Positions 1 to 9,179 of a stretch of 32,000 nt of DNA are shown here, in pieces. The translations under genes were made by a program, and so were the position numbers. Each line of letters opens with the position of its first letter. Positions within the stretch are counted from its first letter, which is position 1. The notes beneath the pieces were generated by a model, which made no database searches, had not been told where the DNA came from, and was given only the letters and a program-made list of their open reading frames with translations. The stretch comes from Defluviitaleaceae bacterium. GTDB taxonomy: Bacteria; Bacillota; Clostridia; Lachnospirales; WQUN01. The DNA is taken from assembly GCA_009779755.1 (NCBI GenBank), contig WRDO01000029.1:1-32000 (forward strand), read 5' to 3'.

Positions 1-98
1 ACTGGCCCCGTCCGGTTTAGAATTTATGATCCATCACCGGATGTTCATCCTTTGTAATCAGTCAATTCCTATTCAGGTTCTAGTGATCCTATGATTGT

Positions 99-123
99 GC
101 AGGTTCAAGTCCTGTCAGCCGCA
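99..123 (+). ncRNA. tRNA-like T-arm plus 3' acceptor strand. It is either a fragment or the 3' end of a structured RNA whose 5' part is not recognisable in the window.
   Basis: gcagg-TTCAAGT-cctgt (99-115) forms a 5-bp stem with a canonical 7-nt T-loop. It is followed by cagccgc+a (116-123) and then directly by an intrinsic terminator. No complementary 5' acceptor strand is present in nt 1-98, and no anticodon arm can be folded. Confidence 0.2.
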
Positions 124-130
124 TTTTTAA

Positions 131-166
131 ACCCCTCGATTTTATCGTGATTCGAGGGGTTTTTTT
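131..166 (+). terminator. Rho-independent terminator
   Basis: Perfect 9-bp stem acccctcga (131-139) / tcgaggggt (152-160) with a 12-nt loop, followed by a T-run to 166. Confidence 0.8.
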
Positions 167-247
167 GTTGACCATGCGATTTTATGATAATATGGCTTTG
201 AATAATTATTTAATCAAATCATATTTTCCGGATGAGGGGTAAGCGTT

Positions 248-3200
248 ATGGGCAAACGTTCAGCAAACAAAACAACGGACGGCGGGCGCATTAAACGTAT
301 GGTGGATAAACTCGGCATCGGTATATGGCCCAAGCTCATCCTTTCCTTTTTGATCAGCAGTATCATCCCCATCGTCGTATTGATCGTAATCCAACTGGTT
401 CAATTCAACACCATCGGCCATAAACTTGAGACCATTGCGATTACGGACTCCACTTCCGCATTGACCGAAATCGCCATCCAAAACATCGAACGGCTGACGA
501 CCGATACGGCGAGGAACGTCGCCGAGTTCCTGTATGCCCGCGACGCCGACATATTGTTCCTCGCCGCTATGGAGCCATCGGAGGAACTGTACAGGCAATT
601 TATCCAAAACAAGTTGGGAAGGGTTGTCGATAGGGGCAATTGGGTGTTGGCTCCCGACGGTATATCATGGGTGCCGGAAAACGCGGATTCCCCGATTATG
701 ACCGGCGGCATTTCCACCAACAGCGAAAACAGCGATGACGGCGGCTTTAATGCCCGTCCGCCCGATATATTTTTGTTCGAATACATACCGCTGTACGACG
801 AAATTACCTTCGTCGATTTGGACGGCAATGAATTGATCAAGGTGGTTGCGCCCGAATCCCCCAAAACCCATTATCCGCTAAACCCCGCGAAGGGGAACGT
901 TTCCCGAAGGGAAAATACATATATAAGGGCCGAAACGTATTTCGCCGCGCTGGCTTATCTCCGGCCCGGCGATATTTTTGTTTCCGACGTTATCGGCGCG
1001 TATGTGGGTACAAATTACATCGGCATGTATGTACCCGAAACGTTGCAAAGGGCCGCGCAGACACGCGGATATGACATCCTTTTCGACCCGGAGCAACAAG
1101 CGTACGCCGGAATGGAAAACCCCAACGGACAACGCTTCGAAGGGATTATACGCTGGGCCACGCCCGTGACGGACGCAAGCGGTAACCGCATCGGGTATGT
1201 GACGTTTGCTTTAAACCACGACCATATCATGGCGTTCGTCGATCACATAACCCCGATGGAGGAACGTTATACCGCCCTGCCCAACGCATATGAAGGCAAC
1301 TACGCCTTCATATGGGATTACCAATCGCGCAGTATTTGTCACCCCAGACACCATTCCATCGTCGGCTTCGACCCCGAAACGGGCAACCCGCAAGTCCCTT
1401 GGCTTGAGTCCTCGATCTACGAAGCGTGGCAGGCAAGCGGTACACCTCTTTGGACCGATTTTATCCAAGGTTGGCCGATATTCGATAACCAGTCCAGAAG
1501 TAAAACCCCCGCCCCTTCGTTGACCCGAGCGGGTTTGGTCGGGTTGGACGGACGGTACCTCAACAACGCCCCCCAATGCACCGGGTGGATGGATTTGACG
1601 CAGGACGGAGGCTCCGGTTCCTTTTATATATTATGGAGCGGGCTCCAAAAATTAACGACGGCGGCGGCTATCCCCTATTATACGGGGCAATACGCGCCGT
1701 CGGCGTCAAACGGTTATTCCCGCCGAGGTTTCGGTTTTGTCACCATTGGGGCAGGGTTGGAAGACTTTACGAGGCCGGTTGAGGAAATCAGGACCAAGCT
1801 GGACGAAACCATAAACAGCAGTATGAACAACATGATCCGCCAAGTGTTTGCAAGCAGCTTGTTAATTCTTATCTTGGCGGCGTTGATGGGTATATTGGTT
1901 GCCTCTGCGTTTACGGGGAGTATAAAAAAGCTCATCGTCGGCGTATCCCGCTTCAGGGCGGGGGAACGTCAATTCCGCTTCAACTCCGTCGTTAAGGACG
2001 AATTCGGCACATTGGCGGACGCCTTCGACGATATGGCCAAGAATATCGTCGGCAGCGTAAACGGCCCCCTCACCATCATCGGGCTGGACGGGAATATCAT
2101 ATACATGAACGATCACGGCTTGGAACTCACAAACACAACCTTGGAAGAGGTCGTCGGTTCCCCCTACAACGAAAAGAGCATTTACCCCTCCGGTACAAAG
2201 CATGACCCCGTATTGGCGTTAAAGGAAGGCTACGAAGCCGAAGTGTACCACATGGCGGATCAAGGTCTGTATATAAAAGGGACAGCCAGCCATTTCCTTA
2301 ATAACAAGGGGGATAGGATCGGTTATATCATCTCAGGCACAAACGTTACGGAAATCCAAAACGCGCGGGAAAAAGCCGAACAGGCCAGCCGATCAAAGAG
2401 CGAGTTCCTTTCCAGAATGAGCCACGAGATGAGGACACCTATGCTGGTCATCAACGACAAAGCAAAGGTCGAATATATCAGCAACTCCCTGATGGAATGG
2501 CTGGATCTAAGCGATCATCAGAATATTATAGGCCGATCCTTCAGCGACCTGCCCATATCGGAGGACACGAAGGCATTATTCACCCACTCGTTCGGGCGGG
2601 AGGAATTTATACAAAAGAATATCATGATCGAAAAGGAAAACGGGCATAACTGGTTTATGCTGCGGTCCTCGCTGCTGGACGAAGGTTATCGGTCGCGTGT
2701 ATATGAGCTGGTGGATATTACCGAACTTATTGAAGCAAAAAACGAAGCGGAGCTGGCTACCCGCGCGAAGAACGATTTCTTGGCGAAGATGAGCCACGAA
2801 ATACGTACACCCATGAACGCCATCATCGGCATGTCCGAACTGATGCTGAACGAAACCCTCAATGACCGCCAAAACGGTTATATACGGGACATCAATATTT
2901 CTTCCCATTCCCTTCTGGGCATCATCAACGACATATTGGATTTCTCCAAGATCGAGTCGGGTAAGATGGAACTGATCCCGGTGGATTACGACTTCACGTC
3001 GCTCGTCGATAACCTCCATTCCATGTTCACGTATATCACGCAAAAGAAGGGCCTCGATTTCCTGTTGGTGAAGGAGGGCGTATTGCCGGATTACCTGTAC
3101 GGTGACGATGTAAGGCTCCGACAGATATTAACGAACCTGTGCTCAAATGCCGCCAAGTTCACAACCGAAGGTTATCTGCGCATGAAAATCACGACTACGG

Positions 3201-4420
3201 AGGATTCCATTATCTTTGAAATCAAGGACACAGGTTTGGGTATACGTGAAGAGGATTTGCAAAAGCTGTTTAAACCCTTCTCACAAGCCGACACGTTTAA
3301 AAACCGCAATACCGCGGGCACGGGGTTGGGGCTTGCCATCAGCCAAAACTTCGCGCAGATGATGGGCGGCGGCATAACCGTCACCAGCGTATACGGCGAA
3401 GGTTCCGTATTTACGGTTACGATACCCAAGGTATTGGGCAACAAGAACGCGGTTGACGACGACGCAATAAGCGGGGCTTATCACTTCCGCGCCCCGACAG
3501 CCGTTATACTGGTGGTGGACGACAACGAGCTTAACCTTACGGTGGCGAAGGGGCTGTTGGGCTTACTCGACATCGTCATTGATACGGCAGCCTCCGGTGA
3601 GGAGGCTCTTAAACGGGTAAGCGAAAGAGATTATGACATCGTGTTTATGGACCATATGATGCCCGAAATGGACGGGATTGAAACCACGCACGCAATCAGG
3701 AAGATGGGCGGTAAATACGAACAGCTTACCATCGTTGCGCTGACGGCGAACGCCATCGCGGGCGTAAAAAAGATGTTCCTGAGCAACGGCTTTAATGACT
3801 TTATCTCAAAGCCGATTGAAGTAAACGATTTGCGTAAAATCGTTAAGACGTACCTGCCCCCGGATAAAATCATTACGGAAACCGCAGGCGAAAGCGGCCC
3901 GTCGCAATCAAGCAAGGACGAACAACTGCGTCACAAGGTCATCGTCACGTTCGTGAAGGATAACAAGGATACGTATAACCGTTTCCACCACGCGCTGAGC
4001 ACCGGCGATATCAAAACCGCGCACAGGATCGTGCATACGCTTAAAAGCGGCGCGGGTTACCTCGGTAAAAAAAGGTTGCAAGAAACGGCATCCTCGCTGG
4101 AATATTCCTTACAACTTGACCCACCTTCCTATACCCCCGACCAACTCCATGCGCTTGAAACGGAATTAAAAGCCGCCCTGCATGAATTGGAACCCATTAC
4201 GCGCGATATCGAGCCGCAAAAGCATGAAACCGTAAAAATGGATCGTGAGGAACGGGTTGCCATGCTGACGGAATTGGAAGCACTGCTCCAAGCGGGCGAT
4301 TACGGCGCATCGAACTACGCGGAGCGTTTAAAGGGTATTTCGGGCATGGAGGAATTGGCGGAATTGGTTGACGATTACGACTACGAAGGCGCGTTAGAGG
4401 TACTAAAGCAACTTAAATAA
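248..4420 (+). CDS. Hybrid sensor histidine kinase: N-terminal TM, large Cache-like ectodomain, TM, HAMP, PAS, orphan H-box, second PAS, HisKA, HATPase, REC, Hpt.
   Basis: 1390-aa ORF with SD gagggg 10 nt upstream. H-box [21 protein letters not shown] (His850, nt 2795). G-boxes DTGLGI / GTGLGLAIS. Receiver [12 protein letters not shown] (Asp at nt 3650). Hpt motif [11 protein letters not shown] (His at nt 4034). Confidence 0.93.
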   Translation: MGKRSANKTTDGGRIKRMVDKLGIGIWPKLILSFLISSIIPIVVLIVIQLVQFNTIGHKLETIAITDSTSALTEIAIQNIERLTTDTARNVAEFLYARDADILFLAAMEPSEELYRQFIQNKLGRVVDRGNWVLAPDGISWVPENADSPIMTGGISTNSENSDDGGFNARPPDIFLFEYIPLYDEITFVDLDGNELIKVVAPESPKTHYPLNPAKGNVSRRENTYIRAETYFAALAYLRPGDIFVSDVIGAYVGTNYIGMYVPETLQRAAQTRGYDILFDPEQQAYAGMENPNGQRFEGIIRWATPVTDASGNRIGYVTFALNHDHIMAFVDHITPMEERYTALPNAYEGNYAFIWDYQSRSICHPRHHSIVGFDPETGNPQVPWLESSIYEAWQASGTPLWTDFIQGWPIFDNQSRSKTPAPSLTRAGLVGLDGRYLNNAPQCTGWMDLTQDGGSGSFYILWSGLQKLTTAAAIPYYTGQYAPSASNGYSRRGFGFVTIGAGLEDFTRPVEEIRTKLDETINSSMNNMIRQVFASSLLILILAALMGILVASAFTGSIKKLIVGVSRFRAGERQFRFNSVVKDEFGTLADAFDDMAKNIVGSVNGPLTIIGLDGNIIYMNDHGLELTNTTLEEVVGSPYNEKSIYPSGTKHDPVLALKEGYEAEVYHMADQGLYIKGTASHFLNNKGDRIGYIISGTNVTEIQNAREKAEQASRSKSEFLSRMSHEMRTPMLVINDKAKVEYISNSLMEWLDLSDHQNIIGRSFSDLPISEDTKALFTHSFGREEFIQKNIMIEKENGHNWFMLRSSLLDEGYRSRVYELVDITELIEAKNEAELATRAKNDFLAKMSHEIRTPMNAIIGMSELMLNETLNDRQNGYIRDINISSHSLLGIINDILDFSKIESGKMELIPVDYDFTSLVDNLHSMFTYITQKKGLDFLLVKEGVLPDYLYGDDVRLRQILTNLCSNAAKFTTEGYLRMKITTTEDSIIFEIKDTGLGIREEDLQKLFKPFSQADTFKNRNTAGTGLGLAISQNFAQMMGGGITVTSVYGEGSVFTVTIPKVLGNKNAVDDDAISGAYHFRAPTAVILVVDDNELNLTVAKGLLGLLDIVIDTAASGEEALKRVSERDYDIVFMDHMMPEMDGIETTHAIRKMGGKYEQLTIVALTANAIAGVKKMFLSNGFNDFISKPIEVNDLRKIVKTYLPPDKIITETAGESGPSQSSKDEQLRHKVIVTFVKDNKDTYNRFHHALSTGDIKTAHRIVHTLKSGAGYLGKKRLQETASSLEYSLQLDPPSYTPDQLHALETELKAALHELEPITRDIEPQKHETVKMDREERVAMLTELEALLQAGDYGASNYAERLKGISGMEELAELVDDYDYEGALEVLKQLK

Positions 4421-4446
4421 AGCCCCGCGGCACGGGGATAACAATG

Positions 4447-4484
4447 TCGCCTCCGCGAAATACTAATGAGCGGAGGCGATTTTT
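4447..4484 (+). terminator. Rho-independent terminator whose 3' arm contains the selO Shine-Dalgarno sequence
   Basis: Perfect 10-bp stem tcgcctccgc (4447-4456) / gcggaggcga (4470-4479), followed by TTTTT (4480-4484) and then the ATG at 4485. GGAGG lies at 4472-4476. Confidence 0.8.
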
Positions 4485-5801
4485 ATGTCAAACAAAAGTT
4501 GGAACATGGAATACAGCTACACACAGCTCCCCGAATTTTACTACCGCCATCAATACCCTGAACCCGCACCCGCGCCTAAAATGGTGATTTTCAACCAACT
4601 CTTAGCCGCGGAGTTGGGGCTGAATGCGGATGCGATGCAGGATAACGCCGAGGTCTTTGCTGGTTCTCGCTTGCCTGTACCCAATTGTACCCCCATATCG
4701 CAAGCCTACGCGGGTTACCAGTTCGGTCATTTTACCATGCTGGGGGACGGGCGGGCGGTGCTGCTGGGCGAACAACGGACACCCCCTTCGTCGGAGGCAC
4801 CGCGTGGCCGTCTGTTCGACATCCAATTAAAGGGTTCCGGTCCTACGGCGTTTTCCCGTGGAGGGGACGGCTACGCGGCACTCGGGCCCATGCTGCGGGA
4901 ATATATCATCAGCGAGGCGTTACACGCGCTGGGTATTCCCACCACACGATCCTTGGCGGTCGTATTGACGGGGCGCGATGTGATACGTGAAAGGATATTG
5001 CCGGGTGCGGTACTCACGCGGGTCGCGTCGAGCCACATCCGGGTGGGTACGTTTAATTACGCGGCGGCGTTCGGCACGTTTGATGACGTCCGCGCATTGG
5101 CGGATTATACGATTCGCCGTCACTTCCCCGACCTTGAGCACGCGGATGAAAAATATGCGAAATTCTTCCGCGCGGTATGCGAACGCCAAGCCTCCCTCAT
5201 CGCCAAATGGCAACTCACGGGGTTTATCCACGGCGTGATGAACACCGATAATATGGCGGTTTCCGGCGAAACGATCGACTTCGGCCCGTGCGCTTTTATG
5301 GATGCATATGACCCGTCTACCGTTTTCAGCTCCATCGATACGCAGGGGCGTTACGCGTATAAGAATCAACCCGCCATCGGCGCGTGGAACCTGAGCCGCT
5401 TGGCGGAATCGTTAACCCCGCTGATATCGATGGCACAGGCTAAGGAAGCGATCACGCATTATTGGGCGTGCTTCGACGAACATTGGCTTGCGGGGATGCG
5501 GATAAAATTAAACATGACCCGCAAAGGCGCGGACGATAAAATAATCATTGAGGAATACCTTAACGAAATGCGGGAAAACGGGAAAGATTTTACGAATACG
5601 TTCCGCGCGATAAATAAAAGTAATCCCGCCGTCATCCCGCGCAACCACCGCGTGGAGGAAACGCTGACCGCGGCAAACGAAGGAAATTATTCCGTAATGT
5701 TTGATTTATTGGATGCGCTGCGCAAACCATATGAGGAAAATACGTATTATTCTCAACCGCCGGAATGCGGTTGCGGGTACAGGACGTTCTGCGGGACGTA
5801 G
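4485..5801 (+). CDS. selO: Protein adenylyltransferase SelO (YdiU/UPF0061 pseudokinase-fold AMPylase)
   Basis: 438 aa with family-typical motifs: [50 protein letters not shown]...[12 protein letters not shown], and a C-terminal ...TFCGT. Confidence 0.9.
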   Translation: MSNKSWNMEYSYTQLPEFYYRHQYPEPAPAPKMVIFNQLLAAELGLNADAMQDNAEVFAGSRLPVPNCTPISQAYAGYQFGHFTMLGDGRAVLLGEQRTPPSSEAPRGRLFDIQLKGSGPTAFSRGGDGYAALGPMLREYIISEALHALGIPTTRSLAVVLTGRDVIRERILPGAVLTRVASSHIRVGTFNYAAAFGTFDDVRALADYTIRRHFPDLEHADEKYAKFFRAVCERQASLIAKWQLTGFIHGVMNTDNMAVSGETIDFGPCAFMDAYDPSTVFSSIDTQGRYAYKNQPAIGAWNLSRLAESLTPLISMAQAKEAITHYWACFDEHWLAGMRIKLNMTRKGADDKIIIEEYLNEMRENGKDFTNTFRAINKSNPAVIPRNHRVEETLTAANEGNYSVMFDLLDALRKPYEENTYYSQPPECGCGYRTFCGT

Positions 5802-5812
5802 CCACCTATTTA

Positions 5813-5821
5813 TGCTATACT
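5813..5821 (+). promoter_or_regulatory. Candidate extended -10 promoter element (TGcTATACT) for metG
   Basis: TG at 5813-5814 and TATACT at 5816-5821, about 68 nt upstream of the metG ATG. No convincing -35 element. Confidence 0.25.
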
Positions 5822-5888
5822 TCGGAAAATTATAAATACCTAACCTTGAATGCGATCCGCGTACAAGTCAAAAGGAGTATTCCATCCC

Positions 5889-7427
5889 ATGAAACCCTTC
5901 TACGTCACCACCCCCATCTACTTCCTCAACGGCGAGCCGCACATCGGCCACACGTATACCACCGTCGCGGCAGATTCCTTGGCGCGTTATAAGAAGGCGC
6001 GCGGTTATGACGTTAAGTTCCTCACCGGCGCGGACGAACACGGCCAAAAAGTGGAGCGCGCAGCCGCGGCCGCGGGCGTTACCCCGCAAAGGTTCTGCGA
6101 CGATTTGGTCGCCAAGTACAAGGAAATATGGGAGCTAATGAACATCGACTACGATTACTTCCAACGCACGACCAACCCCGACCATATGGACCGCGTGAAG
6201 GGGATATTTAAGAAGTTATACGACCAAGGGGACATATATAAAGGAAGCTACGAAGGGCTGTACTGCACCCCCTGCGAAACGTTCTTCACGGAACACCAAG
6301 CAAAGGACGGCGTATGTACCGACTGCGGCCGCCCGGTGGAGCGCATCAGCGAGGAATGCTACTTCTTTAAAATGGGTAAGTATCAGAAAACGCTTGAAGC
6401 GCACATCGCCGCCAACCCGGAATTTATCATGCCCGCTTCGCGCCGTAATGAAATGGTTAATAATTTCCTTAAGCCGGGGCTTTCCGACCTATGCGTGTCG
6501 CGTACGACGTTTACGTGGGGCGTACCCGTGGACTTTGACCCGGGGCATATCATGTATGTGTGGGTGGACGCGCTGCCCAATTACGTGACGGCGTTGGGTT
6601 TCCTATCGGACGACGATTCGGACTATAAAAGATATTGGCCCGCCGACGTGCATTTGATGGCGAAGGAAATCACACGCTTCCATACGATTATATGGCCGTG
6701 CATCCTGCTTGCGCTGGGCGAGCCGCTACCCAAGCAAGTGTTCGCGCACGGCTGGTTGCAAATCGAGGGACAAAAGCTGGGCAAGTCGTTGGGCAACGCC
6801 ATCGATCCACGCCCGCTGTCGGCGGAATTCGGCGTGGACGCGCTGCGTTATTTCTTGCTGCGCGAATTTTCTTTCGGTCCGGACGGCAATTTTACCCGCG
6901 CCAATTTTATCGGTCGGTACAACGCGGATTTGGCGAACGATTTGGGCAATTTGCTTTCCCGCACGGTGGGTATGGTGGATAAATATTTCGGCGGCGTGTT
7001 GCCCGTGTGCGAACCCGCGCCCTCCCCCTACGATATCGACCTTGCCGCTCTTGCCACGGCTATGGTCACCAAGGTTGAGGACCATATGGATAACCTGCGC
7101 TTTTCCGATGCGTTGGCGGAGACGTGGCAAGTCGTGCGCCGCGCCAACAAATACATTGACGAAAACGCGCCGTGGGTGCTGGCGAAGGATGAAACGAAGC
7201 GCGCCGAACTTGCTAACGTATTGTATTGTTTAGCCGAAACGCTGCGTATCGTCGCAGTGGCGATCGCACCGGTCATGCCTTCGACGCCGGGGATCATCCG
7301 CGCGCAGTTAAACATTGTCGATTCGGCTTTCGCCGCATGGGAAAGCGCGAAGCATTTCGGGCTCCTCCCGCGCGAGGTGCGCGTGGAAAAAGGAGCGGCA
7401 GCCTTCCCGCGTATGGAAAAAGAATGA
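5889..7427 (+). CDS. metG: Methionyl-tRNA synthetase, short form without the C-terminal tRNA-binding domain
   Basis: ATG at 5889 is preceded by AAAGGAG (5871-5877). HIGH motif PHIGHTYT, zinc knuckle CTPCETFF...CTDCGRPV, and KMSKS-like QKLGKSLGN. Confidence 0.95.
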   Translation: MKPFYVTTPIYFLNGEPHIGHTYTTVAADSLARYKKARGYDVKFLTGADEHGQKVERAAAAAGVTPQRFCDDLVAKYKEIWELMNIDYDYFQRTTNPDHMDRVKGIFKKLYDQGDIYKGSYEGLYCTPCETFFTEHQAKDGVCTDCGRPVERISEECYFFKMGKYQKTLEAHIAANPEFIMPASRRNEMVNNFLKPGLSDLCVSRTTFTWGVPVDFDPGHIMYVWVDALPNYVTALGFLSDDDSDYKRYWPADVHLMAKEITRFHTIIWPCILLALGEPLPKQVFAHGWLQIEGQKLGKSLGNAIDPRPLSAEFGVDALRYFLLREFSFGPDGNFTRANFIGRYNADLANDLGNLLSRTVGMVDKYFGGVLPVCEPAPSPYDIDLAALATAMVTKVEDHMDNLRFSDALAETWQVVRRANKYIDENAPWVLAKDETKRAELANVLYCLAETLRIVAVAIAPVMPSTPGIIRAQLNIVDSAFAAWESAKHFGLLPREVRVEKGAAAFPRMEKE

Positions 7428-8344
7428 ACGCACCGGATTTGATTTTCGACACCCACACGCATTACGATTTCAGCCAATTCGATGGGGACAGGGATACCGT
7501 GATAAACGCCTTGGCTTCCAATGGCGTCGGCATGGTTTTGAATGTGGGCAGCGACATGCGTTCGTCCGCGGCGAGTGTGGCGTTGGCCCGAAAATATCCT
7601 TTCATATACGCGACGGTGGGCGTCCATCCGCATGATGCCAAGACCCTCACGGAACGAAGCATGGATGAATTGAAAACCTTGGCGGCGGACCGGAAGGTTG
7701 TCGCCTTTGGTGAAATCGGGCTGGATTTTTTCAGGAACCTTTCGCCGCCTGATGTACAGCGGAAGTGGTTTAAGCGGCAGCTGGAGATTGCTTGGGGGTT
7801 GCGATTGCCTGTGATTATTCATTCGCGGGATGCGGATGAGGAAGTTTACGGGATAATGGCGGGGTCTCCGTACGGGGACGGGGGACGGTGGTTGAAGGGG
7901 GGTAGTCCCGTGGACGGGGGAGGAGCCGAGGGGTTGCGTTCCCTTGAAGGCGAAGTCGGTCGCTGCAACCCCTCGGCCCCTCCCCCTTGCGGCGTTACCC
8001 GCAACTGCCCGACCCTTCCCCCCGGCGGCGTTATCCATGCATTTCCCGGCGACGTTGCGCTTGCGCAAAGATATGTTGACATGGGGTTTTATCTCGGCAT
8101 TGGGGGTGTACTTACGTACGATAAGACGGGGCGGTTGAAGGCTGTGGTGGAAGCGATGCCGTTAGACAGGCTGTTGTTGGAGACCGATTGCCCTTATCTT
8201 ACACCTGCGCCGCATCGCGGTAAGCGTAATGAGTCGGGGTATTTGAGGTATGTGGTGGATGCTGTTTCTCAAATAAAAAACGTATCGCCCGATGTTGTGC
8301 GGGGGCAAACATATGAAAATGCGCGAACTTTGTTTGGAGTTTAA
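7424..8344 (+). CDS. tatD: TatD-family metal-dependent hydrolase/DNase (YabD-like) carrying an in-frame insertion of about 53 aa
   Basis: The start overlaps the metG stop (ATGA, 7424-7427). N-terminus MNAPDLIFDTHTHYDF, plus GEIGLDF, LPVIIHSRDA, GGVIHAFPGD and ETDCPYLTP. metG-tatD synteny is typical of Firmicutes. Confidence 0.9.
   Translation: MNAPDLIFDTHTHYDFSQFDGDRDTVINALASNGVGMVLNVGSDMRSSAASVALARKYPFIYATVGVHPHDAKTLTERSMDELKTLAADRKVVAFGEIGLDFFRNLSPPDVQRKWFKRQLEIAWGLRLPVIIHSRDADEEVYGIMAGSPYGDGGRWLKGGSPVDGGGAEGLRSLEGEVGRCNPSAPPPCGVTRNCPTLPPGGVIHAFPGDVALAQRYVDMGFYLGIGGVLTYDKTGRLKAVVEAMPLDRLLLETDCPYLTPAPHRGKRNESGYLRYVVDAVSQIKNVSPDVVRGQTYENARTLFGV
7916..7986. repeat. GC-rich imperfect palindrome (22-nt arms, 21/22 complementary, 27-nt loop) inside the tatD coding sequence
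   Basis: Left arm gggggaggagccgaggggttgc (7916-7937). Right arm gcaacccctcggcccctccccc (7965-7986). It lies in the middle of the extra 159 nt (about 7865-8023) that have no counterpart in the canonical TatD sequence. Confidence 0.85.
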
Positions 8345-8362
8345 TAAAAGGATGGTGTTTTG

Positions 8363-8853
8363 TTGAAAAAATTAAGAGTTTACCTTGATACAAGCGCAAT
8401 CGGGTATTTGGACGAAAGTGAAGAAAATATTCAAAAGACAAAGAAGCTATGCTTGCGCTTTGGGATAGGTTAAAAAATGATGAATTTGATGTTGTTATTT
8501 CCGAACTTACCTTCTACGAATTAAACGCCATTCAAAATAAATAAAAGCTCAATTTATTAATGGATTATTTAACTCAAATTAATTACCATACGGTAGAAAC
8601 GGGCGCTGCTGCCGAACGTATTGCGGAGTTGGTTAAAGTTAACGGACTGTTGGTTGCCGACAAACATATAAATGACAGATTGCATATCGGTACTGAGATT
8701 GATAATTATTGTGATGTTATTGTTTCAATGAATTTTAAACATTTAGTAAATGTGGCAACCATTCGCGGTGTTCGCGCTATTTCAAATTTAGAGGGCTACG
8801 GGAACATAGACATCATCCAACCGATTGCTATGGTTGCGGAGGAGGTTGATTAA
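8363..8853 (+). pseudogene. Disrupted PIN-domain (VapC-like) toxin gene
   Basis: The frame starting at TTG 8363 reads LKKLRVYLDTSAIGYLDE... and stops at 8471-8473. The homologous reading continues in another frame from about 8422 (..EAMLALWDRLKNDEFDVVISELTFYEL..), hits an in-frame TAA at 8542-8544, then continues as ORF 8560-8853 (..DRLHIG...VSMNFKHLVN..). That makes one frameshift plus one premature stop. Confidence 0.6.
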
Positions 8854-8854
8854 A

Positions 8855-9025
8855 ATGATTATACAAGAAATCAGAAAAATCAGGGAAGAAAAATCCGTTG
8901 AATGGGCTTACATGTCGTTGGAACAACGCAACAACGAAATTAAAAACGGCGCGAAACAAATATTATCTAAAATTGAAGAAATTAAATTTAATAAGCCCGC
9001 CGCAGAAAAGCTGAAGGCGCATTAA
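8855..9025 (+). CDS. Small hypothetical protein (56 aa), possibly the partner of the decayed PIN gene
   Basis: ATG at 8855 lies one nt after the PIN-frame stop, with GGAGGAGG at 8839-8846. The protein is charged and helical and has no recognisable family. Confidence 0.4.
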   Translation: MIIQEIRKIREEKSVEWAYMSLEQRNNEIKNGAKQILSKIEEIKFNKPAAEKLKAH

Positions 9026-9106
9026 CGTACGAGTTGTTATAAATATCGATTTAGGTTTTACTTCGAAAATGAAACACGCCGACGTACAAAAAGATAATCT
9101 TTTCCT

Positions 9107-9140
9107 AAAACCGTCATTTATCTTGCGATGACGGTTTTTT
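9107..9140 (+). terminator. Rho-independent terminator
   Basis: Stem aaaaccgtcat (9107-9117) / atgacggtttt (9128-9138), then a T-run. Confidence 0.7.
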
Positions 9141-9179
9141 ATTTTACAATGAATCCATCAAATAAAACGGAGGGATTAC

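Noticed and set aside
99-123. The tRNA-like end interpreted as the 3' end of tmRNA (ssrA)
   Set aside because: A tmRNA acceptor stem needs the G3:U70 alanine identity pair (3' strand CAGCUCC-A). Here the strand is CAGCCGC-A, with C at the position-70 equivalent, and there is no encoded CCA.
168-196. A possible sigma-A promoter (TTGACC 168-173) upstream of the first kinase gene
   Set aside because: The best -10 candidates give a 14-nt spacer (TAATAT) or a poor hexamer at 17 nt (TATGGC), which is not convincing enough to report as a feature.
5802-5888. T-box or other leader riboswitches upstream of metG (here) and glnS (25875-25949)
   Set aside because: The leaders are only about 87 and 75 nt long. 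That is too short for a T-box, and no specifier/antiterminator-like helices or terminator were seen.
7865-8023. The TatD insertion as an intein
   Set aside because: At 53 aa it is too short. It has no intein splice-junction residues or blocks. It is low in complexity and encoded by a DNA palindrome.
7028-8068. A 346-aa ORF on the minus strand, plus 7846-8082 (minus) and 7944-8138 (plus), across the metG/tatD junction
   Set aside because: They are antisense or out of frame relative to two genes with unambiguous family motifs. Their products are Arg/Gly/Pro/Ala-rich and low in complexity, as expected for open frames in GC-rich DNA, and they lack an SD.
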